Source of the DNA: Candidatus Marinacidobacterium sp.
Lineage (GTDB): Bacteria > Acidobacteriota > Vicinamibacteria > Marinacidobacterales > Marinacidobacteraceae
Assembly (NCBI GenBank): GCA_965204755.1
Contig: OZ242011.1
Coordinates: forward strand, 3,168,001-3,232,000
Direction: 5' to 3'
DNA: 64,000 nt
Under the pieces are notes generated by a model, which saw nothing but the letters and a program-made list of their open reading frames with translations, did no database searches and was not told where the DNA came from. Below are positions 41,024 to 50,164 of the stretch, in pieces. The stretch's first letter is position 1. The number at the start of each line of letters is the position of its first letter. The position numbers and the translations under genes are program-made.

Positions 41024-42645
41024 CGCAGGTCGGGCGGGCCGGGCAGGTCGGGCAGGCCGGGCAGGCCGGGCGCCGCCCCCGGCGAGAGCCGCGCGGCTTC
41101 GCCGGCCGGTCGGGAATCCCAGTCGGCGAGCGCCCGTTCCCGGAACGGGCCGGCGAAGACCCCGAGCGCGAGGACCGCGGCGCCGAGGGTGAGGGCGGCG
41201 GCGGCGAGCGGCCTCCGGGCCGGAGACCGGGACAGCGCGCGGACGCCGGTCTGCGCCGCGGCGGATCGGAACCAGATCGATTCCACGACCCGGAGGAAGT
41301 AGATCGCGGACAGCAGGCTCGAGACGAGGAGCGCGGCGAACGCCGCGGTTCCGGCGGCGCCGCCGGCGTCGAGCGCGGCGTCGAGGAGCAGGTACTTGGA
41401 GAAGAACCCGGCGGTCGGCGGCAATCCGATCATCGAGAACGCCGCCAGCGACAGCGCCGCGGCGGTGAAGGGCGCGCGGGCGCCGAGACCGGCCCAGCCG
41501 CGGCGGTAGTCGTCCGCGTCGGTTCCGCGGCCCCCGCCGAACGAGCCGGAACGGACGCCCCCGGCGCCGAAGAAGAGACAGCCCTTCGCCAGCGCGTGGG
41601 CGGCGGCGTGGAAGAGCGCCCCGGTGACCGCGGCCGGCGTGCCGAGCGCGATGCCGAGCAGGATGGTTCCCATCGCCCCGACGCTCGACCACGCGAGCAT
41701 CCGGCTCACTTCCCGCTGCGCCAGGGCGAAGACGCTCCCGACCACCGCGCCGAAGATCCCCAGCCAGAGCGCGGCCTGGAGCGCCGCCGCGCCGCCCTCC
41801 GCGCCGCCGAGCGCCACGCCGAAGAGCCGGAGCGCGGCGTAGGCGCTCACCTTGGCCATCACCGCGGCGATGAACGCGGAGGCCGGAACCGGCGCCCGGA
41901 CATAGGCGTCGGGAAGCCAACCGTGGAGCGGGAACAGCGCCGCCTTCAGGAACAGCCCGACCGCCAGCAGGGCGACGCCGACCGCGACCGCCGGCGCCGC
42001 GTCCGCGCCGGGGAGGCGCGCCGCCAGGTCGTCGAGGTTGAGCGTGCCGGTCACTGCGTAGAGGAAGCCCACCCCGAACAGGTAGAGCGAACCGGCGACC
42101 GTCCCGGCGAGCAGGTAGCGGAACGCGGCGACCGGGGCCCGCCCTCCTCCGGAGGCGATCAGCGTCGCGGCGGCGAGGGAACTGACCTCCATGAAGACGA
42201 ACAGGTTGAAGAGGTCGCGGGTCGCGACCATCCCGACCAGGCCGGAGAGCAGCAGCAGGAGCGCTCCCCGGCGGAGGCCCTCGCGCACCGGCGCCGGGCG
42301 TTCGTCGCCGTCGCCGGTTTCGGCGGCGCCCGGCGGGATCCAGGCGGCCACCAGGGAGGTTCCGGCGACCAGGAGGGCGAAGAGCGTGGAGAGGCCGTCG
42401 AAGTAGATCTCGATGCCCCAGGGGCCGGGCCAGCCGCCGAGCGCGTAGCGGATCGGGCCGCTCGCGGGGACCTCGAGGAAGAGGCCGAGCGCGGCCGCCG
42501 CGGTTCCCGCGTGGAAGGCCAGCGCCAGCCAGCCGGTGGAGCGGCGGGTGAGGGCCGCCGCCAGCGGCACGAGCGCGGCGCCGGTCAGGGGGAGGGCGAC
42601 CAGGAGGCCCGGCAACAGGGCAACCGACAGGGGAACTGGCGCCAC
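41020..42645 (-). CDS. mrpD: Mrp antiporter subunit D
   Basis: GGWPGPWGIE, DLFNLFVFMEV, KAALFPLHGWLPDAY, MIGLPPTAGFFSKY. Confidence 0.88.
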   Translation of the reverse strand: MAPVPLSVALLPGLLVALPLTGAALVPLAAALTRRSTGWLALAFHAGTAAAALGLFLEVPASGPIRYALGGWPGPWGIEIYFDGLSTLFALLVAGTSLVAAWIPPGAAETGDGDERPAPVREGLRRGALLLLLSGLVGMVATRDLFNLFVFMEVSSLAAATLIASGGGRAPVAAFRYLLAGTVAGSLYLFGVGFLYAVTGTLNLDDLAARLPGADAAPAVAVGVALLAVGLFLKAALFPLHGWLPDAYVRAPVPASAFIAAVMAKVSAYAALRLFGVALGGAEGGAAALQAALWLGIFGAVVGSVFALAQREVSRMLAWSSVGAMGTILLGIALGTPAAVTGALFHAAAHALAKGCLFFGAGGVRSGSFGGGRGTDADDYRRGWAGLGARAPFTAAALSLAAFSMIGLPPTAGFFSKYLLLDAALDAGGAAGTAAFAALLVSSLLSAIYFLRVVESIWFRSAAAQTGVRALSRSPARRPLAAAALTLGAAVLALGVFAGPFRERALADWDSRPAGEAARLSPGAAPGLPGLPDLPGPPDLR

Positions 42646-42667
42646 GGAACCGGCCTCCGGGTGGGGT

Positions 42668-43075
42668 TCAGTCCGTTCCGGACGAAACGGCCGGGTCCGG
42701 CCGGGAGGCGCCGTCGATCGGCGCCGCCGGCCGCCGGAGCCGCGCCAGCAGCCGGGCCTCGTTCAGGGTGCCCTCGCGGCGGCGGATCTCCAGCAGCAGC
42801 GCGAGCGCCAGGCCGGTGGTCGAGACCGAGACGACGATCGCCGTCAGCATCAGGGTGTGGGGGAGCGGGTTCAGGAAGGCGGCCGCCTCCGGTTCGACCC
42901 CCTCGGTGAGGATCGGGACCGCGGCGCCTTCCTTGAACGCGAGCGAAACGAAGAACACGATCACCCCGACCTGCATCACATTCATCGCCAGCAGTTTGCG
43001 GATCAGGTTGGGGAGCAGCGCCACGCCGGAAAGCCCGAGCGTGAACAGCGCCGCCGCGGCGGCGTAGGCGATCAC
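42668..43075 (-). CDS. mrpC: Mrp antiporter subunit C
   Basis: NLIRKLLA, NPLPHTLMLTAIVV. Confidence 0.9.
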   Translation of the reverse strand: MIAYAAAAALFTLGLSGVALLPNLIRKLLAMNVMQVGVIVFFVSLAFKEGAAVPILTEGVEPEAAAFLNPLPHTLMLTAIVVSVSTTGLALALLLEIRRREGTLNEARLLARLRRPAAPIDGASRPDPAVSSGTD

Positions 43076-43112
43076 CGGCGAGGCAGGTGGTTCATCGGCG
43101 CCGCCGGGCTGC

Positions 43113-43892
43113 TCATCCGCGAAGCCCGGCGGCGATGGCGTCGTAGAGCACGCCGACCGTTCCGGCCACCGTGAAGAAGACCGCGGTCTCGATACCCAGC
43201 GTGGCCAGTTCGCGGGCGTGGGCGGTGTCGGCGCTCAGCGGCAGGTGTCCGAAGTCCAGGAACGCGCCCCCGAAGGCCATCGCCGCGAGGCCGATCCCCG
43301 CATAGCCGAGGATGCCGGCGCAGGCCATGACCAGCGAGGAGCGAAGGCTCGGCGCCCCGGTCGGCGCCCCGGTTTCCGTGCGGCTGCCCCGCACCAACCG
43401 GACGGCGACCAGGCCGGAGCCGAACAGGACGCCGCCCTGGAATCCCCCCCCGGGGCTGGTGTGGCCGTGGATGAGGACATAGATCGAGAACACCAGGATC
43501 CCGGGCGCGAGCAGGCGCGCGGCGGCGTCGAGGATCCCGGTGCCGAAGCGGAACGAGAGGTCGGCCCCGGGCGCGTCCGCGGCGCGCTCCGGGCGCCCGG
43601 CGAACGCGCCGAGCGCGACCAGGCAGCCGAGGCCGGCGGCGAAGATCACGAGCGTCTCGCCCAGGGTGTCGAAACTCCGGTAGTCGGCGAGGACGGCGGT
43701 CACCATGTTGAGCGCGCCGGTCTCTTCGGCCGCCCGCTCGATGTAGCGCGGGGACACCCGGGTGGAGGCGGGCGATCCGGGGTCGCCGAGGCGGGGCAGG
43801 GCGGAGGCGCCCCAGAGGAGTCCCCCGAGCAGCAGGGCGAAGACCGGCGCGGCGAGTACCGCGGCGGCCGTCGCCCTTCGGGGAGCGTCCAT
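43113..43892 (-). CDS. mrpB: Mrp antiporter subunit B
   Basis: NMVTAVLADYRSFDTLGE, HGHTSPGGGFQGG. Confidence 0.9.
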   Translation of the reverse strand: MDAPRRATAAAVLAAPVFALLLGGLLWGASALPRLGDPGSPASTRVSPRYIERAAEETGALNMVTAVLADYRSFDTLGETLVIFAAGLGCLVALGAFAGRPERAADAPGADLSFRFGTGILDAAARLLAPGILVFSIYVLIHGHTSPGGGFQGGVLFGSGLVAVRLVRGSRTETGAPTGAPSLRSSLVMACAGILGYAGIGLAAMAFGGAFLDFGHLPLSADTAHARELATLGIETAVFFTVAGTVGVLYDAIAAGLRG

Positions 43893-44143
43893 CAGTCGAA
43901 CCGGCGGCGGGTGCGGTAGGCGGTGGAGACGAACAGGATCGTGCTCAGCGCCCCGCCGACGCAGGCCTCGGTGAACGCCACATCCACCGCGCCGAGGAAC
44001 GCGAACCAGGTGGCGGCGGCGAAACTGAACACGCCGAAGAACGCCGTCGCCGCGAGCAAGTCGCGCATCAGGAGCGCCGCCGCCGCGGAGGCGACCATCA
44101 GGAGCAGCAGCCCGACTCCCAGGAGTCCGCCCGGGTCGGTCAC
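43892..44143 (-). CDS. DUF4040 (MrpA/B-related) small subunit
   Basis: GTG 44143; RDLLAA..GAVDVAFTEACVGG. Confidence 0.8.
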   Translation of the reverse strand: MTDPGGLLGVGLLLLMVASAAAALLMRDLLAATAFFGVFSFAAATWFAFLGAVDVAFTEACVGGALSTILFVSTAYRTRRRFD

Positions 44144-44484
44144 GAAGCGTTGTCCGCGCGCTCGGCGGCGTCGGGCCGGCGCCAGACGGGAACTCCCGCG
44201 CGGCGAGCCGCGCGCCCCAGGGCGTGGGTCGCCGTCGGGCTGGCGGCGGCGAGGAACGCCGAAACCAGGAGGAGTTTCGCGGCGGTGGCGGCGTCCTCCG
44301 AGAGGAGGGCGAAGCCGACCGCGGCGAGCGCCAGGCCGGCGGTGTCGCACTTCCCGACGGCGTGGAGCCGGGTGTAGAAGTCGGGAAGCCGGAGCACGCC
44401 GACCGCAGCGGTCAGGCTGAAGAACAACGAAGCGGCGAGGAGCGCCGCCGCCGCGGCGTCGAGCGCCGAGAACCCGTCCGTCAT
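44140..44484 (-). CDS. mrpG: Mrp antiporter subunit G
   Basis: GVLRLPDFYTRLHAVGK.DT.G, SPTATHALGRAA. Confidence 0.9.
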   Translation of the reverse strand: MTDGFSALDAAAAALLAASLFFSLTAAVGVLRLPDFYTRLHAVGKCDTAGLALAAVGFALLSEDAATAAKLLLVSAFLAAASPTATHALGRAARRAGVPVWRRPDAAERADNAS

Positions 44485-44509
44485 CGCCGCCCGGCGGCCG
44501 GTCTCCCGC

Positions 44510-44848
44510 TCACGCCGCGTTCGGCGGCGTCCCGGGCCGCTCCGCCGTTCCGCCGGCCGGGACCTCGGTCGGCGCCGCTTCGTCGTCCGAACCGCGGCCC
44601 TCGAAGTACTTGGCGAGCGAGAGCGCGGCGAGGAACCCCACCAGCGCATAGGCGAGGGCGATGTCCACGAACATCCCGGGCCGGCCGGAGAGTTCGCCGA
44701 TCACCAGCAGCAGGATCAGGGTCTTCGTCCCGAGCAGCACCAGCCCGGAGAGCCGATCCCAGAGCCCCGGTCCGCGCGCGACCCGGTAGAACGCGGCGAC
44801 GGCGGCGAGGAAGACCGCGCCGGCGAACGCCGCGAGGAGAGTCTGCAT
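44510..44848 (-). CDS. mrpF: Mrp antiporter subunit F
   Basis: YRVARGPGLWDR, DIALAYALVGF. Confidence 0.88.
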   Translation of the reverse strand: MQTLLAAFAGAVFLAAVAAFYRVARGPGLWDRLSGLVLLGTKTLILLLVIGELSGRPGMFVDIALAYALVGFLAALSLAKYFEGRGSDDEAAPTEVPAGGTAERPGTPPNAA

Positions 44849-44873
44849 TCGCCGGGCGCGGAACGGCGGGCCG

Positions 44874-45449
44874 TCAGGCGCCGGCGCCGAACAGCCGGCG
44901 GATGCGCGCCGCCGTCAGGCCGCCGTCCGGCTGCACTCCCGCCGCCGAATCCCGGTCCAGCGAGTGGATGGTCATGCCGTCCCGGTCGGCGTCGAGGGTC
45001 ACCGTCCCCGGAGTCAGTGTGATCGAGTGCGCGAGGACCAGTCGGGCCAGCGGGTGCGGCAGGCGGTCTTCGATCCGGGTGAGCGAGGGGGAGATGGGCA
45101 TCCGGGGATCCAGGACCAACCGCGCCACCCGGAGCGCGGAATGGACGACCTGGATCGAGAGCCAAATCCCGTAGCCGACGAGGGCTGCCGTCCGCCGGGG
45201 AAGACGGGCGATCTCCTCGCCCGGCGCCGGAGGCGGCGCCATCCCCAGGAGTCGTCCGGCGAACCACGCCGTCGCCGCGGCGGCGGCGACGCCGGGGACC
45301 AGGTGGAGCGCGTCGAACTTGCCGGAAAGGACGATCCAGAAGGCCAGCAGCGAGACGAAGGCGAGGGCCACGACCGCGGCCGGCGGCCGCGCCCCGGAGT
45401 CGCCGGCGGTCTCGCGGCTCGGTTCGCCGAGCGGCTCCGGACTCGCCAT
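44874..45449 (-). CDS. mrpE: Mrp antiporter subunit E
   Basis: FWIVLSG, ISPSL, AHSITLTPGTVT, HSL. Confidence 0.88.
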   Translation of the reverse strand: MASPEPLGEPSRETAGDSGARPPAAVVALAFVSLLAFWIVLSGKFDALHLVPGVAAAAATAWFAGRLLGMAPPPAPGEEIARLPRRTAALVGYGIWLSIQVVHSALRVARLVLDPRMPISPSLTRIEDRLPHPLARLVLAHSITLTPGTVTLDADRDGMTIHSLDRDSAAGVQPDGGLTAARIRRLFGAGA

Positions 45450-45606
45450 CGGGCGTGAATCGTACAAGGGGAAAGGGCCTCGGGAAGCGCGGGCTCAGCC
45501 GCCTGCGGGGAAAGTCCGGGTGGGAGCGTCCGGTCAGGCGACCGGGCCGGGCCTTCGCGTCGTCCGGTCGGAACGGGGAGGGCCGGACGCCCTCCCCGCG
45601 GGCCGA

Positions 45607-46353
45607 CTACCGGTAGTAGTTGATGCCGATCAGCGCCTGCTGGGTGCGCCGGGAGAAGTCCCGCGGCGACCAGATGCGGTACTCCGCCCGCGCCGACAGG
45701 TAGTCGAAGATATAGACCTCGAAGCCGGCGCCGAGATGCGCGGTCGGCTCGTACACGGTCTCTTCCAAGGTCACGCGCGTGGCCGTCGGGATGCGCACCC
45801 CGGTCGCCGAGGGCTGGTTCCGGAAGAGACCGTCCCGGAGCGACTGCGGCGTGGAGAACTCGAAGTCCTCGCGCAGGGCGTCGCGCCGCACCACGCCGCC
45901 TCCGGCCAGCACCCAGGCGTGGAACGGCTGCCTCCGGCCCAGGTGGAACACCAGGGAGCCGTCGAGGTGGTAGCGGTTCATCCGGAACTGGTAGGCCGGG
46001 GAGGCGAGCACATCCTCGACCGGCTGGTTTTCGGCGGTATAGCGCCGGTTCGACCGGCCGAAGTAGAGGCCGGTCTCGAAACTGAAGTTGTCGCTCGCGC
46101 GGACCGCCGCGGCGCCCCCGAGGCTCGCGCCGCGGCCGAGCCGCAGGTCGGGGTCGGCGAAGAACTGCAGGCCGACGCCGGTGGAGAGCCGGAACCGGTG
46201 CCGGGGCTGCGCTTCGGCGGGGTGGGCGGCGGCCCCGAGAAGCGAGACCGCCGCGAACGCGAGCAGCGGGAGGCCCCCGCGCGGGAGCGGTCCGCGGCGG
46301 CGGATGGCGCCCCGAAGGGGGCGGCGGAACGCGGGTTCTTCGGGAAGGGCCAA
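45607..46353 (-). CDS. Outer-membrane beta-barrel protein
   Basis: Signal peptide ending AEAQ; amphipathic strands, HLGAGFEVY, C-terminal IGINYYR; start uncertain. Confidence 0.65.
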   Translation of the reverse strand: MALPEEPAFRRPLRGAIRRRGPLPRGGLPLLAFAAVSLLGAAAHPAEAQPRHRFRLSTGVGLQFFADPDLRLGRGASLGGAAAVRASDNFSFETGLYFGRSNRRYTAENQPVEDVLASPAYQFRMNRYHLDGSLVFHLGRRQPFHAWVLAGGGVVRRDALREDFEFSTPQSLRDGLFRNQPSATGVRIPTATRVTLEETVYEPTAHLGAGFEVYIFDYLSARAEYRIWSPRDFSRRTQQALIGINYYR

Positions 46354-46458
46354 AGGCGGCGGGATGCTACTCCACCGGGCGCCGCCGGCCGGGTCGGCTG
46401 CGCCGAGATGCAGCGGACGGGGCCGGGACCGGCGGGCCCGGGATCGGCAGGCCCGCCG

Positions 46459-46764
46459 CTACTCGGACTCGCGCTGTTCGCCGGGGGCGACCCGGCGGAC
46501 CTTCATGATTTCCTCGTCGTAGTAGCGCCGGTAGAGGAGATCCCAGGCCTCCGTGCCCTGCTGGACGGACTGGCTCTGGCTGTCGATCTTCCGGCGGACG
46601 ATCTGGTCGATGCGCTCGTCGTCTTCGAGTTCGGAGTTGATGACCCGGGTGATCGTCCGCCGGATTTCGTTGTCCGGGGCGTAGAACTCCACGGTGTCGT
46701 CGGCGCGCAGGAGTTGCAGGATCTGGCTCGCCAGGTGGTTGATCTTGCTGTTCGTCAGGCGCAT
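46459..46764 (-). CDS. DUF507 family protein
   Basis: MRLT..KINHLA..D.IVRRKI..GTEAWDLLYRRYYDEE; SD GGAG-like region; paralog adjacent. Confidence 0.75.
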   Translation of the reverse strand: MRLTNSKINHLASQILQLLRADDTVEFYAPDNEIRRTITRVINSELEDDERIDQIVRRKIDSQSQSVQQGTEAWDLLYRRYYDEEIMKVRRVAPGEQRESE

Positions 46765-46820
46765 GGAGGTGCTCTCGCTACCGGGGGGTTCCTCCGTGTC
46801 CGCGCGGCGCCGCCGGCCGG

Positions 46821-47099
46821 CTAGAGGATGAGCCCCCGTTCCCGGGCCAGGCGCTTCTTGACCAGTTTGAACATCTCCCGGTACTCGACGCCGTCGCTCC
46901 GGATCTCCTCCCCGTAGTTGTCGAGGAGTTTCCGGACTTCCTCGTTGAGGTCGTCTTCCTGCCGCAGATCCTCGGTGATGAGTTCGACGATGGTGTCCAT
47001 CAGGAGGTTCGGATCGTCCGTGTCGATAAGCCCCTGAACCTGCAATTCGTCGGTGATCCGGTAGCCCAGAAACTGGATCTGGCTCTTCGTGAGTCGCAT
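46821..47099 (-). CDS. DUF507 family protein
   Basis: MRLTKSQI..EDDLNEEVRKLL..YREMFKLVKKRLARERGLIL. Confidence 0.78.
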   Translation of the reverse strand: MRLTKSQIQFLGYRITDELQVQGLIDTDDPNLLMDTIVELITEDLRQEDDLNEEVRKLLDNYGEEIRSDGVEYREMFKLVKKRLARERGLIL

Positions 47100-47199
47100 C
47101 TTCGGCAGCCGGAAATCGTACCGCAAACCCGCTTCCCGGTGAACCTCGGAGAGTGTCCGGGGCCGGGAAATTGCTAGAATCCGTCGGTTGCGGCGACTC

Positions 47200-47277
47200 G
47201 GGGTCGTAGTTCAGTTGGTTCAGAATGCCGGCCTGTCACGCCGGAGGTCGCGGGTTCGAGTCCCGTCGGCCCCGCCA
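47200..47277 (+). tRNA. tRNA-Asp (GTC)
   Basis: Acceptor GGGGTCG/CGGCCCC, D-arm TAGTTCAGTTGGTT, anticodon arm CCGGC-CTGTCAC-GCCGG, T-loop GGTTCGAGTCC, encoded CCA; TGcTAGAAT -10 at 47172-80. Confidence 0.97.
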
Positions 47278-47392
47278 TCCGCCGCCGCCCCTCCGCTGCC
47301 TCGGCGCCCGGCCGCCGGCCCCCGTTTCCGGGGAGTCCGTCGGGCCGACGGCGCCGCCGAACCCCCTTCCCGGGAGAGAGCCCTCGACGGTC

Positions 47393-47626
47393 ATGACGGT
47401 CACGATCACCTACTGCGTCGTTTGAAACTACCTTCCCAACGCCACCAGTCTGGCGGCGGCAATCGAGGAAGCGCGCGGCCTGAAGCCCGAACTCATCGAA
47501 GGTGACAAGGGCGACTTCGACATCCGCGTGGACGGCGAACTCATCTACACCAAGCACGACACCGGCCGGTTCCCCGAGCACCGGGAGATCCTGGACCGGA
47601 TCCCGGAACAGGTCCCGGCCGGATAG
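47393..47626 (+). CDS. SelW/SelT/SelH (Rdx) family selenoprotein with CxxU
   Basis: MTVTITYCVV-UGA(47423)-NYLPNATSLAAAI..ELIEGDKGDFDIRVDGELIYTK..GRFPE; family similarity continues in frame past the UGA. Confidence 0.88.
47440..47455 (+). promoter_or_regulatory. Putative bacterial SECIS hairpin
   Basis: CGCCA-CCAGTC-TGGCG stem-loop starting 14 nt after the in-frame UGA. Confidence 0.55.
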
Positions 47627-47764
47627 CCGGCCGCCCGGCCGGCGCACCGGATCCGCCGCGGGCGCCGGCCCCGCGACGGATCCGCCCGACGACGGATCTG
47701 TCTGTGTTGCCGGTCTGCCGCCCGGCGCCGGCGGCCCCCACCGGCCGGCTCCCGGCCGGCGCCG

Positions 47765-50137
47765 TCAGAAGTCGAAAAGCCGCGTGTACTTCACGATCAG
47801 CGACCGGCCCATCACGGTGGGGACCGGGAGTCCGGTGTCCGGGTCGAACCGGTCGAAGGTCGCGGTGTTCCGAAGGTCGTTGTAGACGACGAAGAGTCCG
47901 GTGCCGCTCCGGTCGAGCAACACCAGCCGGATGTTCGAGGAGATCGAGGCGGACTGGCTGTTGTACTGGATCAGCGCTTCCAGTCGCCGCAGCGGCGTGA
48001 ACGAGTAGTTCAGGCGGATGGGCGCCAGGTCGGTGGTGAAGTCGCCGCCGGGCAGACTCACGATGTCGCGGTTCCAGCCCACGCTGGCCTGGAACCGGGC
48101 CCCGATCCGCCCGTTCAGGCTGAGATCGCATCCCCGCCGCTCTCCGTCGTAGAAGCCGCCCCGGCGGCAGTACGCGGTGGGGTAGAGCCGGGCGCTGGCA
48201 TTGCCCAGGTAGTTCACCGTGACCACACTCCACTCGTAGCGCCCCGGCGGGATCGTCACTTCCGCCCCGTCCGCTCCGGCGAAGACGGTGAAGTCGGTCA
48301 GGGGCCGATCCCTCATCCGGTCCACGAAGATCCCGAACCGACCCCCGCTGTTCGGCTGGAACTCGATCGGGTGCCAGTGCCCCCGCCCGGACTGGACCTC
48401 CCCGTCGAAGCCGTAGTAGGCGTTCCAGGTCACATGCGGCGAGAACCGGCGCACCCAGGACAGCGCCGGAATCCGGGTGGGCTGCCAGTTCAGGTAGTAA
48501 CGCGCCTGGTACTTCCGGTAACCCCGCCGGGGAACGAACCCGACCTGCGGGTCGAAGTCCTCCCCCACCTGGGTGTAGCCGAGGTGCCCCTGGTGGAGCG
48601 GATCGGCGTAGTTGAGGAAGGCCCTCCCTGCCAGGGTGTCGGAGACCGACGCGCTCTCTTCCCCGGCGGTCGCGGTCTTCGCCAGGAAGGTGAAGAACCG
48701 GGCGTGCTCGCCGATCTGGACGGCGGCGTCCGCGCCGAAGGCCCGGTTCGCGTCGTTCTCCCCGGCCCGGTCCCCGGTCCCCTGGCGGTTCACGAAGATG
48801 CCGCCGAAGGACGACCGCCCCACTTCGCGCTGGACGCGGGCCACCGCGAAGTTGTTCGCGGACCGGAGCAGGCCGCCGCTCTCCGGGTCGAAGGCGGCCT
48901 CGGTCTGCATGTTCATCACGCCCAGGTTCCAGGCCCCGACCTTCCCGGACATCCGGGCGCCGCCGATGATCCCCACCGGCTGTCCGGCGTGGAGCCCGAT
49001 CCGGCGGCTGAAGAACAGGTCCACCTCCTGCGGCGCTCCGAACTGGAAAGTCGAGGCGTTTTCCAGGAAGAACGGCCTCTTTTCCGGGAAGAACAGCGGA
49101 AAACGGGTCAGGTTGATCTGCTGGTCGTCCGCCTCCACCTGGGCGAAGTCCGTGTTCGCGGTGATGTCCACCGTCAGGTTCGGGGTCACGCCCCACTTCA
49201 CATCGAGCCCCAGGTCGAAGGTGTTCCGGGAGCGGTTCGCGGAAGCGGCGGCCAGCGGGTTCCGGGTGGCGTCGCCGAGCGCGAAGGGGGTCACCCGAAG
49301 GTCGCGCCGCAGGGGCAGGTCGAGGCCGGAGATCTTCCGCGCCAGCGAGACCCGGTAGAGGTTGTAGCCCCGCGGGATCGGCGCGAGGAACGACTGCTCG
49401 TTCTTCCGCCGGATGTTCCGCATCACATTCAGACCCCAGGTGCGCCCGTCGCCGGCCTCGTAGCGGAGCGTCCGCAGGGGGATGGCGAACTCGGTCTCCC
49501 AGCCCCGGCCGGTCTGCCGGGAGCGGACCGTCCAGTCGCCGTCCCAGTTGGCGTTGAACCCGGTGACCCCGCCGCGCTGCGAGCCGCGCTGGCCCGGCCG
49601 GGGGTTGTAGCCGCCGGTCGCCCCCTCGCCGGCGATCTGCCCGTCGTACTCGATCCCCTCCGGATTCGTCCCGAACAGGAAGGCGTTCTGGTTGTCATCG
49701 AAGGTGTCCAGCACGATCTGGACGGAGTCCGACTCGTTCAGGTCGCCGTCCCGGCGGCTCTCCGAGACCAGCACCCGCTCCGGCTCCCGGTCGAAGGCGA
49801 TGATCCCCACATAGAGGGTGGTGTCCGACAGGAGCAGCCGGACCTCGGTGCGCTCGGTGGCCGGCGCCCCGTTGTCCGGCTCCTGCTGGATGAACCCGGT
49901 GAAGGGCTCCGCGTCCTCCCACTGCGGGTCGGTCACCAGCCCGTCCACCACCGGACCCGGAGCGCCTTCGCCGAGCGCGAACACCGTTCCCGAGGCCGAG
50001 TTCGCCGCCGGCCCCGGCTCTTCTGAAGCCGCCGTCGGGAGCGCGGCGAGAAGCGCCGCCGAACCGAGGAGAGCCGCGCCCCGAACCGGCGCCCGCGCAG
50101 GGCCGGGGCGGGTGGGAGGGCGGCGGGTCGGGGGCAT
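47765..50137 (-). CDS. CBM9-like plus DUF5916 outer-membrane protein
   Basis: VDGLVTDPQW, FIQQEPDNGAPATERTEV, GWETEFAIPLRTLRY, NTDFAQVEAD, FFPEKRPFFLEN, LFFSRRIG; ends KYTRLFDF. Confidence 0.82.
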   Translation of the reverse strand: MPPTRRPPTRPGPARAPVRGAALLGSAALLAALPTAASEEPGPAANSASGTVFALGEGAPGPVVDGLVTDPQWEDAEPFTGFIQQEPDNGAPATERTEVRLLLSDTTLYVGIIAFDREPERVLVSESRRDGDLNESDSVQIVLDTFDDNQNAFLFGTNPEGIEYDGQIAGEGATGGYNPRPGQRGSQRGGVTGFNANWDGDWTVRSRQTGRGWETEFAIPLRTLRYEAGDGRTWGLNVMRNIRRKNEQSFLAPIPRGYNLYRVSLARKISGLDLPLRRDLRVTPFALGDATRNPLAAASANRSRNTFDLGLDVKWGVTPNLTVDITANTDFAQVEADDQQINLTRFPLFFPEKRPFFLENASTFQFGAPQEVDLFFSRRIGLHAGQPVGIIGGARMSGKVGAWNLGVMNMQTEAAFDPESGGLLRSANNFAVARVQREVGRSSFGGIFVNRQGTGDRAGENDANRAFGADAAVQIGEHARFFTFLAKTATAGEESASVSDTLAGRAFLNYADPLHQGHLGYTQVGEDFDPQVGFVPRRGYRKYQARYYLNWQPTRIPALSWVRRFSPHVTWNAYYGFDGEVQSGRGHWHPIEFQPNSGGRFGIFVDRMRDRPLTDFTVFAGADGAEVTIPPGRYEWSVVTVNYLGNASARLYPTAYCRRGGFYDGERRGCDLSLNGRIGARFQASVGWNRDIVSLPGGDFTTDLAPIRLNYSFTPLRRLEALIQYNSQSASISSNIRLVLLDRSGTGLFVVYNDLRNTATFDRFDPDTGLPVPTVMGRSLIVKYTRLFDF

Positions 50138-50164
50138 CGGGCGGGCGTATCCTACGCGCGCCCC

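Noticed and set aside
44849-44877. Bridge mini-ORF between mrpE and mrpF
   Set aside because: The CTG overlapping the mrpE stop reaches no stop at the mrpF start; recorded as a counter-example to the relay pattern
47200-47400. tRNA-Asp as an integration site
   Set aside because: No integrase and no duplicated tRNA 3' end seen in the window
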